Shown here: in pieces, positions 50,624 through 59,919 of the stretch
Layout of the letters: each line of letters starts with the position of its first letter
How positions within the stretch are numbered: position 1 is the first letter of the stretch
Source: Candidatus Latescibacterota bacterium
Lineage (GTDB): Bacteria; Latescibacterota; UBA2968; GCA-2709665
Length of the DNA stretch: 64,000 bases
Direction: 5' to 3'
Assembly: GCA_963662665.2 (NCBI GenBank)
Contig: CAXXJS010000030.1
Coordinates: forward strand, 74,008-138,007
Translations under genes and position numbers: made by a program
The notes under the pieces: generated by a model
The model's input: only the letters and a program-made list of their open reading frames with translations
Told to the model about the DNA's origin: nothing
Database searches by the model: none

Positions 50624-51391
50624 ATGAGACTACTGATCGTCGACGGATGGACACGGGAAGGGAACGTTTCGCACACGAACGCGGGGGTAGAGGAGCAGGC
50701 CGATGTCTTCGAGTCGCTCGTTCGGGAATGCTCGCCCGATGCGGAAATTCGGATTGTCCACACGTTCGGCGACGGCGGACCGTCAGACCTGGACGTCAGC
50801 GAGTACGACGCGGCGATCTGGACTGGCGGGGGCGGTAATATCTACGAAGACAACCCATTTAACCGGCGCCAACTCGAGTTGGGCGAGCGCGTGCTTGCAA
50901 ACGTACCCCGCGTCTGGGGCAGTTGCTGGGGGTTTCAGGTCATCACGACCGTCTGCGGCGGGGAGGTGGCGCCGGCCCGAACGCCGGAAATCGGCATCGC
51001 GACCGGCATTTCGGTCCGATCCGCGGATTTCGCTGAGACTCTGTATCGCGGCAAGCCGCACACATTCGATGCCCCCGCTCATCACTTCGACGAGACCGCC
51101 CGGCTGCCTCGGAAGTTCGAGATTGTCGCAGAAAATGCGACAACGCTGCAGGCCGTCGTATCAAAGGACCGGCGCGTCACCTGCACCCAATACCATCCCG
51201 AACTGCCCTACGACTACATTGGAAAGCTGATGCAGCACTGGGCGCCGAATTACACGTCAATGTTCGCGAAGGATGACTTCCGGAATCTGCTGGCGGGTTT
51301 GAAGAAAAAAGAGAAGGAAGAAAACAGCCTGAGGAAAATCGAATTCAGAAACTGGCTGGAATTTGTAAGGAAGGGCACAGAGATTAGCTAA
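50624..51391 (+). CDS. Class I glutamine amidotransferase-like protein
   Basis: IWTGGG, nucleophile GSCWGFQ, QYHPE. Confidence 0.85.
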   Translation: MRLLIVDGWTREGNVSHTNAGVEEQADVFESLVRECSPDAEIRIVHTFGDGGPSDLDVSEYDAAIWTGGGGNIYEDNPFNRRQLELGERVLANVPRVWGSCWGFQVITTVCGGEVAPARTPEIGIATGISVRSADFAETLYRGKPHTFDAPAHHFDETARLPRKFEIVAENATTLQAVVSKDRRVTCTQYHPELPYDYIGKLMQHWAPNYTSMFAKDDFRNLLAGLKKKEKEENSLRKIEFRNWLEFVRKGTEIS

Positions 51392-51410
51392 TTCAGAAAC
51401 AGGTGATCCG

Positions 51411-52396
51411 CCCCTCTGTCATTCTGAGCGAAGTCAAAAATCGCGCACCGAAGCGTGGTCATTGCCTGCATTGAGCTTGTCGAAATGCCCGCGCTTCGCT
51501 ACCCCTCGACGGGTTCAGGGACCACCCTGCGCCGACCCGTCGACAACCCTTCGACAGGCTAAGGACAACGGCTCAGGGAGCGGCGCAGGATGCTCGCGCC
51601 CATCTGCGGATGCGGCCGCGTGACGTGGCAACGGCTGTGCCGCCTGGCAGGCACGGCCCCGTGACAGACCCCCAGTCATCAACCGATGCCGCAGTAGATC
51701 CTTCGTCAGCCGACCTGCCATTGATTCTCCGGCAGGCCGGACGTCTTCCTCAGGATGACAGTACGGGCTAACGAATGACGAATACATTTCGACGATGGCT
51801 ATTGCGAAGCATGTCATTCTGAGCGCAGCGAAGAATCTCCCGTCTGTTCGGCTGTCCTTGACACCAAAACCGCGCTAATCACATTTGCGCGGGGACTTAG
51901 CCGGCAGCGACGTGGGCAGACAGGAATGTCTGCCCCACCCTCACACACGCATACTCAGAGTATGGGCGCAAGTGTGACGGATGCATTTCTCGCATTACGA
52001 TCGGCCGCCCTGTCATTCTGAGCGGAGTCGAAAATCGTGCACCGAAGCGTGGTCATTGAGCTTGTCGAAATGCCCGTATATCGGGATCCCATCAACACAC
52101 GCGCCACTTCGGCCTGACCGTGTATGTGCAATCGTGCCGCCTGTCGCGTCAATTGAGTGCCAGGAAGCCTGGGGATCAACCGATGCCGCAGTAGATCCTT
52201 CGTCAGCCGGCCTGCCGATGATTCTCCGGCAGGCCGGACGTCTTCCTCAGGATGACAGTACGGGCTAACGAATGACGGATACATTTCGACGATGGCTATT
52301 GCGAAGCATGTCATTCTGAGCTCAGCCGAAGAATCTCCCGTCTGTTCGGCTGTCCTTAACGCCAAAAACGCGCGAATCACATTTGCGCGGGGACTT
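51411..52396. repeat. Tandem pair of REP/REPIN-like composite units (51411-51898 and 52006-52396)
   Basis: Shared ~75-bp left part and near-identical ~221-bp right part (51678-51898 vs 52175-52396). Built from GTCATTCTGAGCG..CGAAGAATC and GAGCTTGTCGAA motifs. Confidence 0.85.
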
Positions 52397-52453
52397 CGTC
52401 AGAGTGCGGGTGTGCGCGACTGGGATGGTGCGTCAATATCCGACGCGGTCTCA

Positions 52454-52906
52454 TCAGCTTGTATTGTCTATGACGGAAATCCCCTTCGCCTCCGCGAACT
52501 CGGTCAGCGCCGCGATGATTTGGGGTTTTACGATCTGGTTGTCAGTATAACTCATGTTGAAGTTCCACTTCATGTTCTTCCCCTCCATGAGCGCTATTTC
52601 GAATTTCATCCGTTGTACATCAATTTCAGAAACAGACGCCCAGGGAATTTTTCGCGCCCTGGAGAGACCTTTTTCCAATGTCAAATGCGAATCGTCAAAC
52701 GCGATGACATACCGGTTCGCGCGTGGCATAAGAACAATGAAGAGCAGGAAGAATAAACCGCAGGCCATCTGCGAGAAGCCCAGTACATCGTCATCCCGCT
52801 CGATGCTGAAAGCGCCGCTGGCAAGCTGGATCGCACCAAAAGCGCTCCAACCTGCTAATAACAGACGGGATACAGGTACGGATAGATCGAAAGTGCGCGA
52901 TTCCAT
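52454..52906 (-). CDS. Two-TM protein with a PH-like domain (paralogue of 49793-50248)
   Basis: MESRTFDLSVPV...MSYTDNQIVKPQII. Confidence 0.7.
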   Translation of the reverse strand: MESRTFDLSVPVSRLLLAGWSAFGAIQLASGAFSIERDDDVLGFSQMACGLFFLLFIVLMPRANRYVIAFDDSHLTLEKGLSRARKIPWASVSEIDVQRMKFEIALMEGKNMKWNFNMSYTDNQIVKPQIIAALTEFAEAKGISVIDNTS

Positions 52907-53128
52907 GGATCTGCTCTTATCTTCAATTCGATTGCAACTGTCAAGAGGCCGTCGCCGCCGAGAATATTGTTGACCTCGTACAAACTGAAGAGACTAATGG
53001 CTATCTGGAATACACTCAAAAGGAACAAAAACACGACGGACAACCATTCCTGAACGAAACCACGCGTTTATAATGTTGGAATCCATCCATAGCCTCGCTC
53101 GAGCTTCGACCTTTTAGGAAAACGAATT

Positions 53129-53910
53129 CTATAATGTCATGCGATTTACGATCTCCTTCAAATCCTCCTTTGTCATCCCCTCTGACAACCATCCCGCAGC
53201 AAAAGAAACATCATTCGAATCCGGCAACTGTGCCTTGCTCAATGTCCGCAACTTGATTTTGGCAGGAACTGCTGAGGCCTCGCCCACGAACAGTGCTTCC
53301 TGCCTCGGAAGCGATGATAGCATTTTAGTCATACCCGCGAGACTGTCGGGCAAGAATCGAGCGACGTGCTCTTGATCCAAGCTGTTGGTCAATCGCAAGA
53401 CAACCCACGAATTGCATTGGGAGATCACGGTACCCTCAATGTCCGCCGGACGCTGCGATACGAGCATCAACCCAAGACCATATTTTCTTCCTTCGCGCGC
53501 AAGCCTGCGGATAGCGCTTTGGGCGACTTCGTACTGCGCGTCGCCCCGATTAGGCACATACCTATGCGCTTCTTCGCATACGAAAAGTATGGGGTCGCGC
53601 TCTCTTTCGTCTCGATATTGGTGGAGTTTGTATTGAAAAAGCAAACGGGCAATCGCGCCAGTCAAGGGACCAGCCACTTCGTTAGGAAGTCCCGAAATGT
53701 CGACAATCTTTAGGTAGGCATCATCACTTCCCTGCACATTTAGGAATTGGTTTACGATCTGGACGAGGGTGGGTGCTCCTCCAACATGCTCACGCATCAG
53801 GAACTTGATGCGTGAATCAGTTGTAAGCAAACGAAATTTATTTAGTATGGACGCATAGTCTTTTTGGAAATCTGATGGGGTTACATCCTCCCAGCCACCA
53901 TTCTTTCTAG
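53129..53910 (-). pseudogene. herA: 3' part of the IS-interrupted HerA ATPase/helicase
   Basis: Walker B CEEAH, LAREGRKYG, VSQRP, RLTN..DQ. Confidence 0.85.
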
Positions 53911-55608
53911 CCTGACCTATTCATGAATCGTCAGGGATTGCAGATTCGTGCAGCAGAAGCAGCTTTCGAGTGAGTCTAAGAACGCAGGAGAAAGCTGGCT
54001 GTGCGGAACTGGCGTTTTCAAGCGATTTCAGGGTGTGTTTTTGTAGCAGGGTCGGGTGGAGGCGTCAGGATGACCCTGCTGTGACTGCCAAGAGCACAGA
54101 CTTCTCCATGGCTTTTGATGGTAGCAATCAAGACGTGAAGGCGGCCTGGTCCAGATGGAAACGTTATGGCATGGCGGTTCCCAGATTGTAGAGCATGGTT
54201 CGATAGAGGTGTTTGAGTGGAAACGCCGTTGGCAGATGGAACGTGATTTTGGTTTTCAGTTCACAAACGCGCCCGGCGACTTTCAAGATGCGGTTTTGCA
54301 GCGTATTAAACTGGGCGTTCGTCCACGTGGTGCCGCGCAACCCGATATGGGCCAGGGCGTGTACCAACACATAGGCGGCGCTGTGGAGAAAGAGCCGGAA
54401 GTGATTGGCATGGAAGGTGTGGCAAGAGGTGCGATCGGAATGCAGAAAGGTCTTGTGATTCTTGATGAAGTTTTCCATCCTGCCGCGTGAGCAATAAGCG
54501 GTTTTGTAGATGAATGACGGTTGTGCGCCGTTCAGGTTGGTGACCACGAATCGGACATTGTGACCTTGCGGGTTGACTTCTGCCTTGCAGATGATGCGGC
54601 GTGGGGAAGACCAGCTGCCGGCCTGATAGTCCCAACAGCGATACAGGCGCACAGGTTTTCCCCCATCGGCATACAGCGCTTTGGCCTGGTCCATCAAGGG
54701 CTGTGCCAACCGCAGCAGCACCGCGTTTCCGCTTTGTCCGAGGATAAAAAACACATCGTTTTCGTCACACATCGTGTGTACTTCCGGACACGAAAAGTGT
54801 GAATCGCCACGCAACAGGATCTTGACATCGGGCCATGCGTGACGCAGGTAGGCGATCACCCGTTTGAGAATCGACACGATCTCTTTGCCCGTGGGTCGGC
54901 GGCCCGGACGCAAGACCGTCGTGATCAACTTGCCGGTTTGCCCTTCATAGATATGCAGGGGTTGGTAGCAATAGCCCTTGAAATACGCATTGAATAACGA
55001 CAACTGCTGGGATCCATACACCTTGTCTTCCGTGTCATCGATATCCAACAGGATGGCTTCGGGGGGGTGCTTATACGAGGCGATAAACGCATCGGCAAAG
55101 GCCGTCGCGATCCGATATAAATCACCTCTGGTGATCCGGTTCTCGAACCGACTCATCGTGGGTTGACTGGCCAGGTTGGCACCGGTGACCGGCAACCGAT
55201 CGCAGGCCGCCTTGAAGCCGGGGTCGCTACGCAACGTATTGCAGTCGTTCGCATCTTCATACCCACACGCCATCTGAAAGACACGCTGACGGAGCAGGTC
55301 CACCGACGGGTGATCCACGTAACTTGGATGCCGACGATCTGTTATCGCCTCGACGATCCGACACAAAATGCCGATTTTGGATTCCACCTCTCGAAGCAGC
55401 ATCGCCCCGGTGTCGCTGGTCAGCATGCCCCCGTCGAAGGCGGCTTCTACCCGTTTGCCAGAAACACTTGCGAAAGACATCCTTTGTTGTTTATCTTGAC
55501 CTGCCACGGTAGTTTCCTCCCGGTTCATTGTTATCAGGTTATTCGCGTAACCATAATATAATACAATGACTTGGGTAAGGAAACTACCTTTTTTGTGAAT
55601 TATTCAGA
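53911..55608 (-). mobile_element. IS1380-family insertion sequence (1698 bp)
   Basis: Imperfect ~16-bp TIRs CCTGACCTATTCATGA / TCTGAATAATTCACAA. CTAG target duplication at 53907-53910 and 55609-55612. Confidence 0.88.
54164..55528 (-). CDS. IS1380-family DDE transposase
   Basis: FDGG.LTSD.G, GYEDAND, LASQPTMSRFEN, LDIDDT, RGDSHF, RGRMENFIK. Confidence 0.92.
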   Translation of the reverse strand: MNREETTVAGQDKQQRMSFASVSGKRVEAAFDGGMLTSDTGAMLLREVESKIGILCRIVEAITDRRHPSYVDHPSVDLLRQRVFQMACGYEDANDCNTLRSDPGFKAACDRLPVTGANLASQPTMSRFENRITRGDLYRIATAFADAFIASYKHPPEAILLDIDDTEDKVYGSQQLSLFNAYFKGYCYQPLHIYEGQTGKLITTVLRPGRRPTGKEIVSILKRVIAYLRHAWPDVKILLRGDSHFSCPEVHTMCDENDVFFILGQSGNAVLLRLAQPLMDQAKALYADGGKPVRLYRCWDYQAGSWSSPRRIICKAEVNPQGHNVRFVVTNLNGAQPSFIYKTAYCSRGRMENFIKNHKTFLHSDRTSCHTFHANHFRLFLHSAAYVLVHALAHIGLRGTTWTNAQFNTLQNRILKVAGRVCELKTKITFHLPTAFPLKHLYRTMLYNLGTAMP

Positions 55609-56681
55609 CTAGGTCGTTTGGCCTGGCGTCCGGTAATGTGTGCTCGAAACTCGGCCAACTTAAACGGCCGCGGGCGGTCACGGTCAAATGATAGAATTCG
55701 TTCCTCGGCGACTCCCTCACGCGGGATCGGTTCTTCCGGATGTTTCCCCTCTGGAAGGTCGTCTGGTATATCCCCGATTGCGGACACTGCCAGCCCGGCT
55801 TCAACTAATCTCGCGTGTGTTAGCGCTTTATAAACCGTATTAGCTTGAGACGTCGCTTCGATCTCCGTCTTACCTATTACCAGGGACCGGAATTCGTCAC
55901 TCGACATCAGCCAGTAAGGTAGATCAAGGTTCGTGGCTTCGTCGCTGTCCTGTCCCAATGCATCGTATGCACGGTAAACGACAGCCTTGTCTTTGAAGGC
56001 GCTTGAGTACTCGCCATGGGGATCCACCAAAATGATCGATGGACGTGTTTCGCTGTCATCCTCAGGTCGGTGCTCAAGAACCGAATGGATTATCGCCGCA
56101 ACGGCACTCGATTTTCCGGACCCTGTCGACCCCAAGACGGCGCAATGTTGGCCAAAAAGCTTATCAATATTTGCGCGACAATCTACCCGCGTTGCTCCAA
56201 CATAAGTCCCAATGGAAACATGTCTTCGAATGCCATCGTCTGTTGCTTCTTCTGCACTCTGAAAGAGCTGCTCTGTTTCTTCCTTCGTTATGAGGTGCAC
56301 AGGTTGCAAGGGCAGAGGATAGGTCGAAACTCCTCGCGTAAATGCCAGCGTCATTTCAGCGGAATTGTACCAGCCTTCTCCCAATAGATCGCCTTCCATC
56401 ACTCGTCGATCCTGACTGTCAATGGGATGGCCTCCAGACGCGGACAACGCGGCTGTTTCCTCGTCAGATTGCAGCCGCAGAAGTTTCACCGTCGCAAAGA
56501 TTATTCGGCGACCAAGATGGATCTTCAAAAAGCTACCTATCTGCCCAACATCGTAGACGCGACCGCTATGGCTTCTCGTAAGCTCCGTGATTTCTCGGCT
56601 CAGCGCTATCTTTATCGAGCCACTCGTCACCTCGAAGATCGTGCCTATTTCCAGGTCGGGATCGACTTGAAAGACGCTCAT
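55609..56681 (-). pseudogene. herA: 5' part of the IS-interrupted HerA (HAS barrel plus Walker A)
   Basis: GQIGSFLKI, F.RGVSTYP, HCAVLGSTGSGKS, VDPHGEY. IS removal restores ...AKRPRKNGGW..., giving 616 aa. Confidence 0.88.
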
Positions 56682-57901
56682 TGGATCTCCTCAAGTATAT
56701 CTGGAGGTAATCCTTCGATGATGAGGCGGGTGACCCCAGCGAATGTCCACCAATCTCTTGTACCGCAAGAATTTGAAAAAAACGGACCGGACGCGCCTTG
56801 GTACAAACCGACGGGACTAGCGACGAATATCTGCTTCCCCCACGGGCTCCGTGTGCGCCAATACTGCAATTTCGGTGGTAGCGCCTCGTCTGTCTCGCTG
56901 GAGAAAGCAACCAGTGTCAAGCGGCTTCTGGGAGCTGCTAATGCATGTTCGATTTCGTCGTTAATGTGCTCGTCACAGAATGAATAACCGCAGATCATAA
57001 GAACTTGGTCAGCACCGAGCACCAGCCTTTTCCGGAACCGCTGGAAGAGTCTCGAAAACGGATCTCTTTGTGTATTCAGATACTTGGTTGCTTGCGGATA
57101 GATCATAACCGCGCCACCATCACTGGGATAAGTGTCGCCTGAACGCACGCGAAACAATGGTGCCGTATCTTCGTCCTGACGGAACCAGTCAATAGAGCCG
57201 TGTAGTTTAGTGACTATCGCACGGGTTGTTTCACGTGGATTGTAATTTCGGATTTCCCAAAACCCGACACCACCTCCCGAAAAACCGTCCTGATAATCAA
57301 TCTGATGAAGTGCCAATGCGTCTTCGAGTAAAGTGTCATAATTGGTCGTGAAGAATTCGACCGGCGTTCGAAGTGTTTCCAGCCCTGCACGACCCGATTC
57401 GAAGATGGCTTGAACGAATTTCTTGTGTTCATCGATCTTGACAATACCCTCACCCCTTTTTCCTATTAGAGCTTCCTCTTCCACGTCCCCGTTCTTTCGA
57501 TGAGTTGCTACCCTGTATCCCCAACGAACGATCTCAGCTAGGATTTGCGGTAAGGTGAGATGTGCTAAAACTAGAGCTTCTTTAGCGACGTCTGTTCCAT
57601 TCATTGAAACGCAGTTAGTTCGAGATCGCCCAGCCATCGAAATTAAATCCGCGAGGTGCGTTAGAAATCCCTCGATGTTGGCATCCTCGACAACATCGTT
57701 TCTAATGAAACTAATGATCCTCAGAGCGTTCTTGTCATTGGATAACCTTTCTCTTTCCGCGACTTCTAACACCCTTTCAGTAAGTGGCCCCATCAGCGGT
57801 ATGTTAGAGGAAAAACTGACACCCGCCCCTAGTAACCATGTCTGCATTGGGCTATTTAAATGCCTCCCGAACTGTTCGGCGATGTCGCCCGCATCTGCCA
57901 T
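56678..57901 (-). CDS. SIR2-domain NADase (SIR2-HerA defence system)
   Basis: LLGAGVS, FTTNYD, KLHGS, ICGYSFCDEHIN; ATGA overlap with herA. Confidence 0.88.
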   Translation of the reverse strand: MADAGDIAEQFGRHLNSPMQTWLLGAGVSFSSNIPLMGPLTERVLEVAERERLSNDKNALRIISFIRNDVVEDANIEGFLTHLADLISMAGRSRTNCVSMNGTDVAKEALVLAHLTLPQILAEIVRWGYRVATHRKNGDVEEEALIGKRGEGIVKIDEHKKFVQAIFESGRAGLETLRTPVEFFTTNYDTLLEDALALHQIDYQDGFSGGGVGFWEIRNYNPRETTRAIVTKLHGSIDWFRQDEDTAPLFRVRSGDTYPSDGGAVMIYPQATKYLNTQRDPFSRLFQRFRKRLVLGADQVLMICGYSFCDEHINDEIEHALAAPRSRLTLVAFSSETDEALPPKLQYWRTRSPWGKQIFVASPVGLYQGASGPFFSNSCGTRDWWTFAGVTRLIIEGLPPDILEEIQ

Positions 57902-57903
57902 AG

Positions 57904-58485
57904 CTATTCCCCTAACGACTCCCTGGAGTTTCCCCTGGGGTTGTCCTCAATGAAATCGTCCAAACGAAACGTAGTCAAAACCGCCGCCTCCAAGGTGTTC
58001 TCCTTCTGATATTGCCATGGCCATATTCTACAGCGCGGATCTTCTGGGAACTCTACGATTGAAATGCTCCTCAGTTCAAAGTCTTTGGGTTCACTCACAC
58101 ATCGTTTTCCACCATATATCGCTCCAGCAATATGCTCGCATACCTTAATGTTAAGCTTACAGATACTACAAAGCTCGCTCTTGATGAGGATTTCAGGGCT
58201 CGAATAGAAACCGTGACCATACTCATCCATAAACCACGATTTCAAATCAAAGACCCTCCGCAATAACGAAGTCAATACCTCTGCATTCGTCAGATGACTA
58301 AGAGCGTATTCAATGCGTTCAATACAATCCCACATCTTGGTCCAAATCTTTTCGATTCGCTTTGTTTCAGATTCCCAATCTGTAAACGACGTTAATTCTG
58401 AAAGGTCACTATAATCCTCTAATCCACGAAAAGGATCCCGAGTATTAGTGCCTTTGAGCGAACGTCGTGGTTCAAGGGAATGTGC
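57904..58485 (-). pseudogene. Probably 5'-truncated protein with a CxxC-x6-CxH-x10-C metal-binding motif
   Basis: ORF 57904-58335 contains CSICKLNIKVCEHIAGAIYGGKRC. The frame stays open ~50 codons further upstream without an ATG/GTG/TTG start. Confidence 0.45.
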
Positions 58486-58585
58486 CTACCTTAGTTGAAA
58501 TAGAAGAGGCTCCGATGTAAATTGGATCCAATTCAGAGTGGGACAACAAGCGTCGATCTAAGGTCGCCCCGTGAGTCCGACGTTG

Positions 58586-58987
58586 TCACCCCAAGAATTC
58601 TCGAATCCGTTTGCGTAGCGTTTCAGTTTTCTTCAATTCGCATTCCCAGATTATCAGGATCTCCCAACCGAGTTCGCGAAGATGTTCTTGGTGTGATATA
58701 TCGCGTTTGACAGTGCGACGTAGTTTTGGGATCCAATAATTCCGGTTCGATTTCGGAAGCCGCGCTCCCCTGTGGCAGTCGTGTTGATGCCAAAAGCATC
58801 CGTGAACAAAGATCACTTTGCGCAGTGCCGGGAACACGAGATCGGGTTTTCCGGGAAGATCCTTGAGATGAAGACGATAGCGGTAGCCCATACCGTGCGC
58901 GAGACTACGGACCACCATCTCCGGCCGGGTATTTTTGCCCTTTACGGCTCGCATGACTCGGCTGCGTTCTTCCGGTGGTTGTGTCAT
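58586..58987 (-). CDS. vsr: Very short patch repair endonuclease (second copy)
   Basis: RSRVM...NTRPE, LPGKPDLVF, FVHGCFWHQH, IWECE. Confidence 0.95.
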   Translation of the reverse strand: MTQPPEERSRVMRAVKGKNTRPEMVVRSLAHGMGYRYRLHLKDLPGKPDLVFPALRKVIFVHGCFWHQHDCHRGARLPKSNRNYWIPKLRRTVKRDISHQEHLRELGWEILIIWECELKKTETLRKRIREFLG

Positions 58988-59919
58988 TTTCCAATTTCGA
59001 TCCTCAGACTCGGATCCGTTTCCACAGCCTCGATGATTTCGTTGTAACGATCTATCAGCGTATCAACGGCCACGCGCCGCCGGTCAGCCTGAAACTGTCC
59101 CATTTCGTACAGGTTAAGCGCTACGAACTGCTCGATCTCAAAAATGTCGATCCGCTCGGCCAAACCCATATTGCCCGCCAGCCCCTCGGCAACTGCCACA
59201 CCATTCTGTATAGTTATCAGAATCGGCCTATAGCCATCGTCTATATTTTCTCGGCACCTTTCAACGACGGCCTCGCTGGGTGCCATAGTAACGTGGATCG
59301 CTACGTCATCTACGCAAAAGTCGCCTACTCGGCCACCCGGCGCATCTGCAGTTGAAAAACTGTTGTGCTCACATTTTTCATTTCCAAGCGCACAATCTAA
59401 TTTGGCACCAACTAAATGCTGGAGTACAGCACCGGCGAAGTGCATGCCGGGAGCGTTCCATTGCCGTTCAGTAGCCTGGGCAAGAACATCACGAACGACG
59501 TGTCTGAGTCCGCGAGATGCATCAAGCCTTAGGTTAAACGGTTTACCAGAGAAGAAGGCGTGAACACGCTCAATCCAGTATTCCTCAATCCTGTCTATGT
59601 CTGCAATTCCCGCGTGATTCAGCTCATTCAATAGGGCGACGTATTTTCGCATATTGTTTAGACTACCTCGGCTGGTACGCCCCCCTTCCGCAGCTAAAAC
59701 CCGCTCAATCCCATGGCGTTTCAACACAGATTGGACGGAAGTCTTGCCGAGACCTAAGACTTGTCCTCCACCCTGCGTGACAAGCAAACTTGGTTCGAGA
59801 GGCAATCCTTTTTCGCGTGCATGCTGCGTGACTATAAGGGCGACGCTCAACGGACCTTTACCTTGGAATTTTTGGTCCGTAGCGAAAGTGTCTAATCGTT
59901 CCTGGAGTTCATTTCGCAT
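58984..59919 (-). CDS. DUF4928-like putative restriction endonuclease
   Basis: KGPLSVAL, LAAEGGRTSRGS, LQHLVGAKL, ADAPGGRVGDF..DDVAIHVT; lies between dcm and vsr. Confidence 0.7.
   Translation of the reverse strand: MRNELQERLDTFATDQKFQGKGPLSVALIVTQHAREKGLPLEPSLLVTQGGGQVLGLGKTSVQSVLKRHGIERVLAAEGGRTSRGSLNNMRKYVALLNELNHAGIADIDRIEEYWIERVHAFFSGKPFNLRLDASRGLRHVVRDVLAQATERQWNAPGMHFAGAVLQHLVGAKLDCALGNEKCEHNSFSTADAPGGRVGDFCVDDVAIHVTMAPSEAVVERCRENIDDGYRPILITIQNGVAVAEGLAGNMGLAERIDIFEIEQFVALNLYEMGQFQADRRRVAVDTLIDRYNEIIEAVETDPSLRIEIGK

Noticed and set aside
51515-52380. ORFs sharing MTCFAIAIVEMY...CHPEEDV
   Set aside because: Translations of the duplicated REP-like DNA rather than a protein family.
51411-52396. 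Possible CRISPR or integron cassette array
   Set aside because: Only two long units, no regular 25-45 bp repeat/spacer period, and no cas gene or integrase in the window.
52855-53043. 62-aa hydrophobic ORF
   Set aside because: Short, overlaps the downstream start region, and has no motif support.
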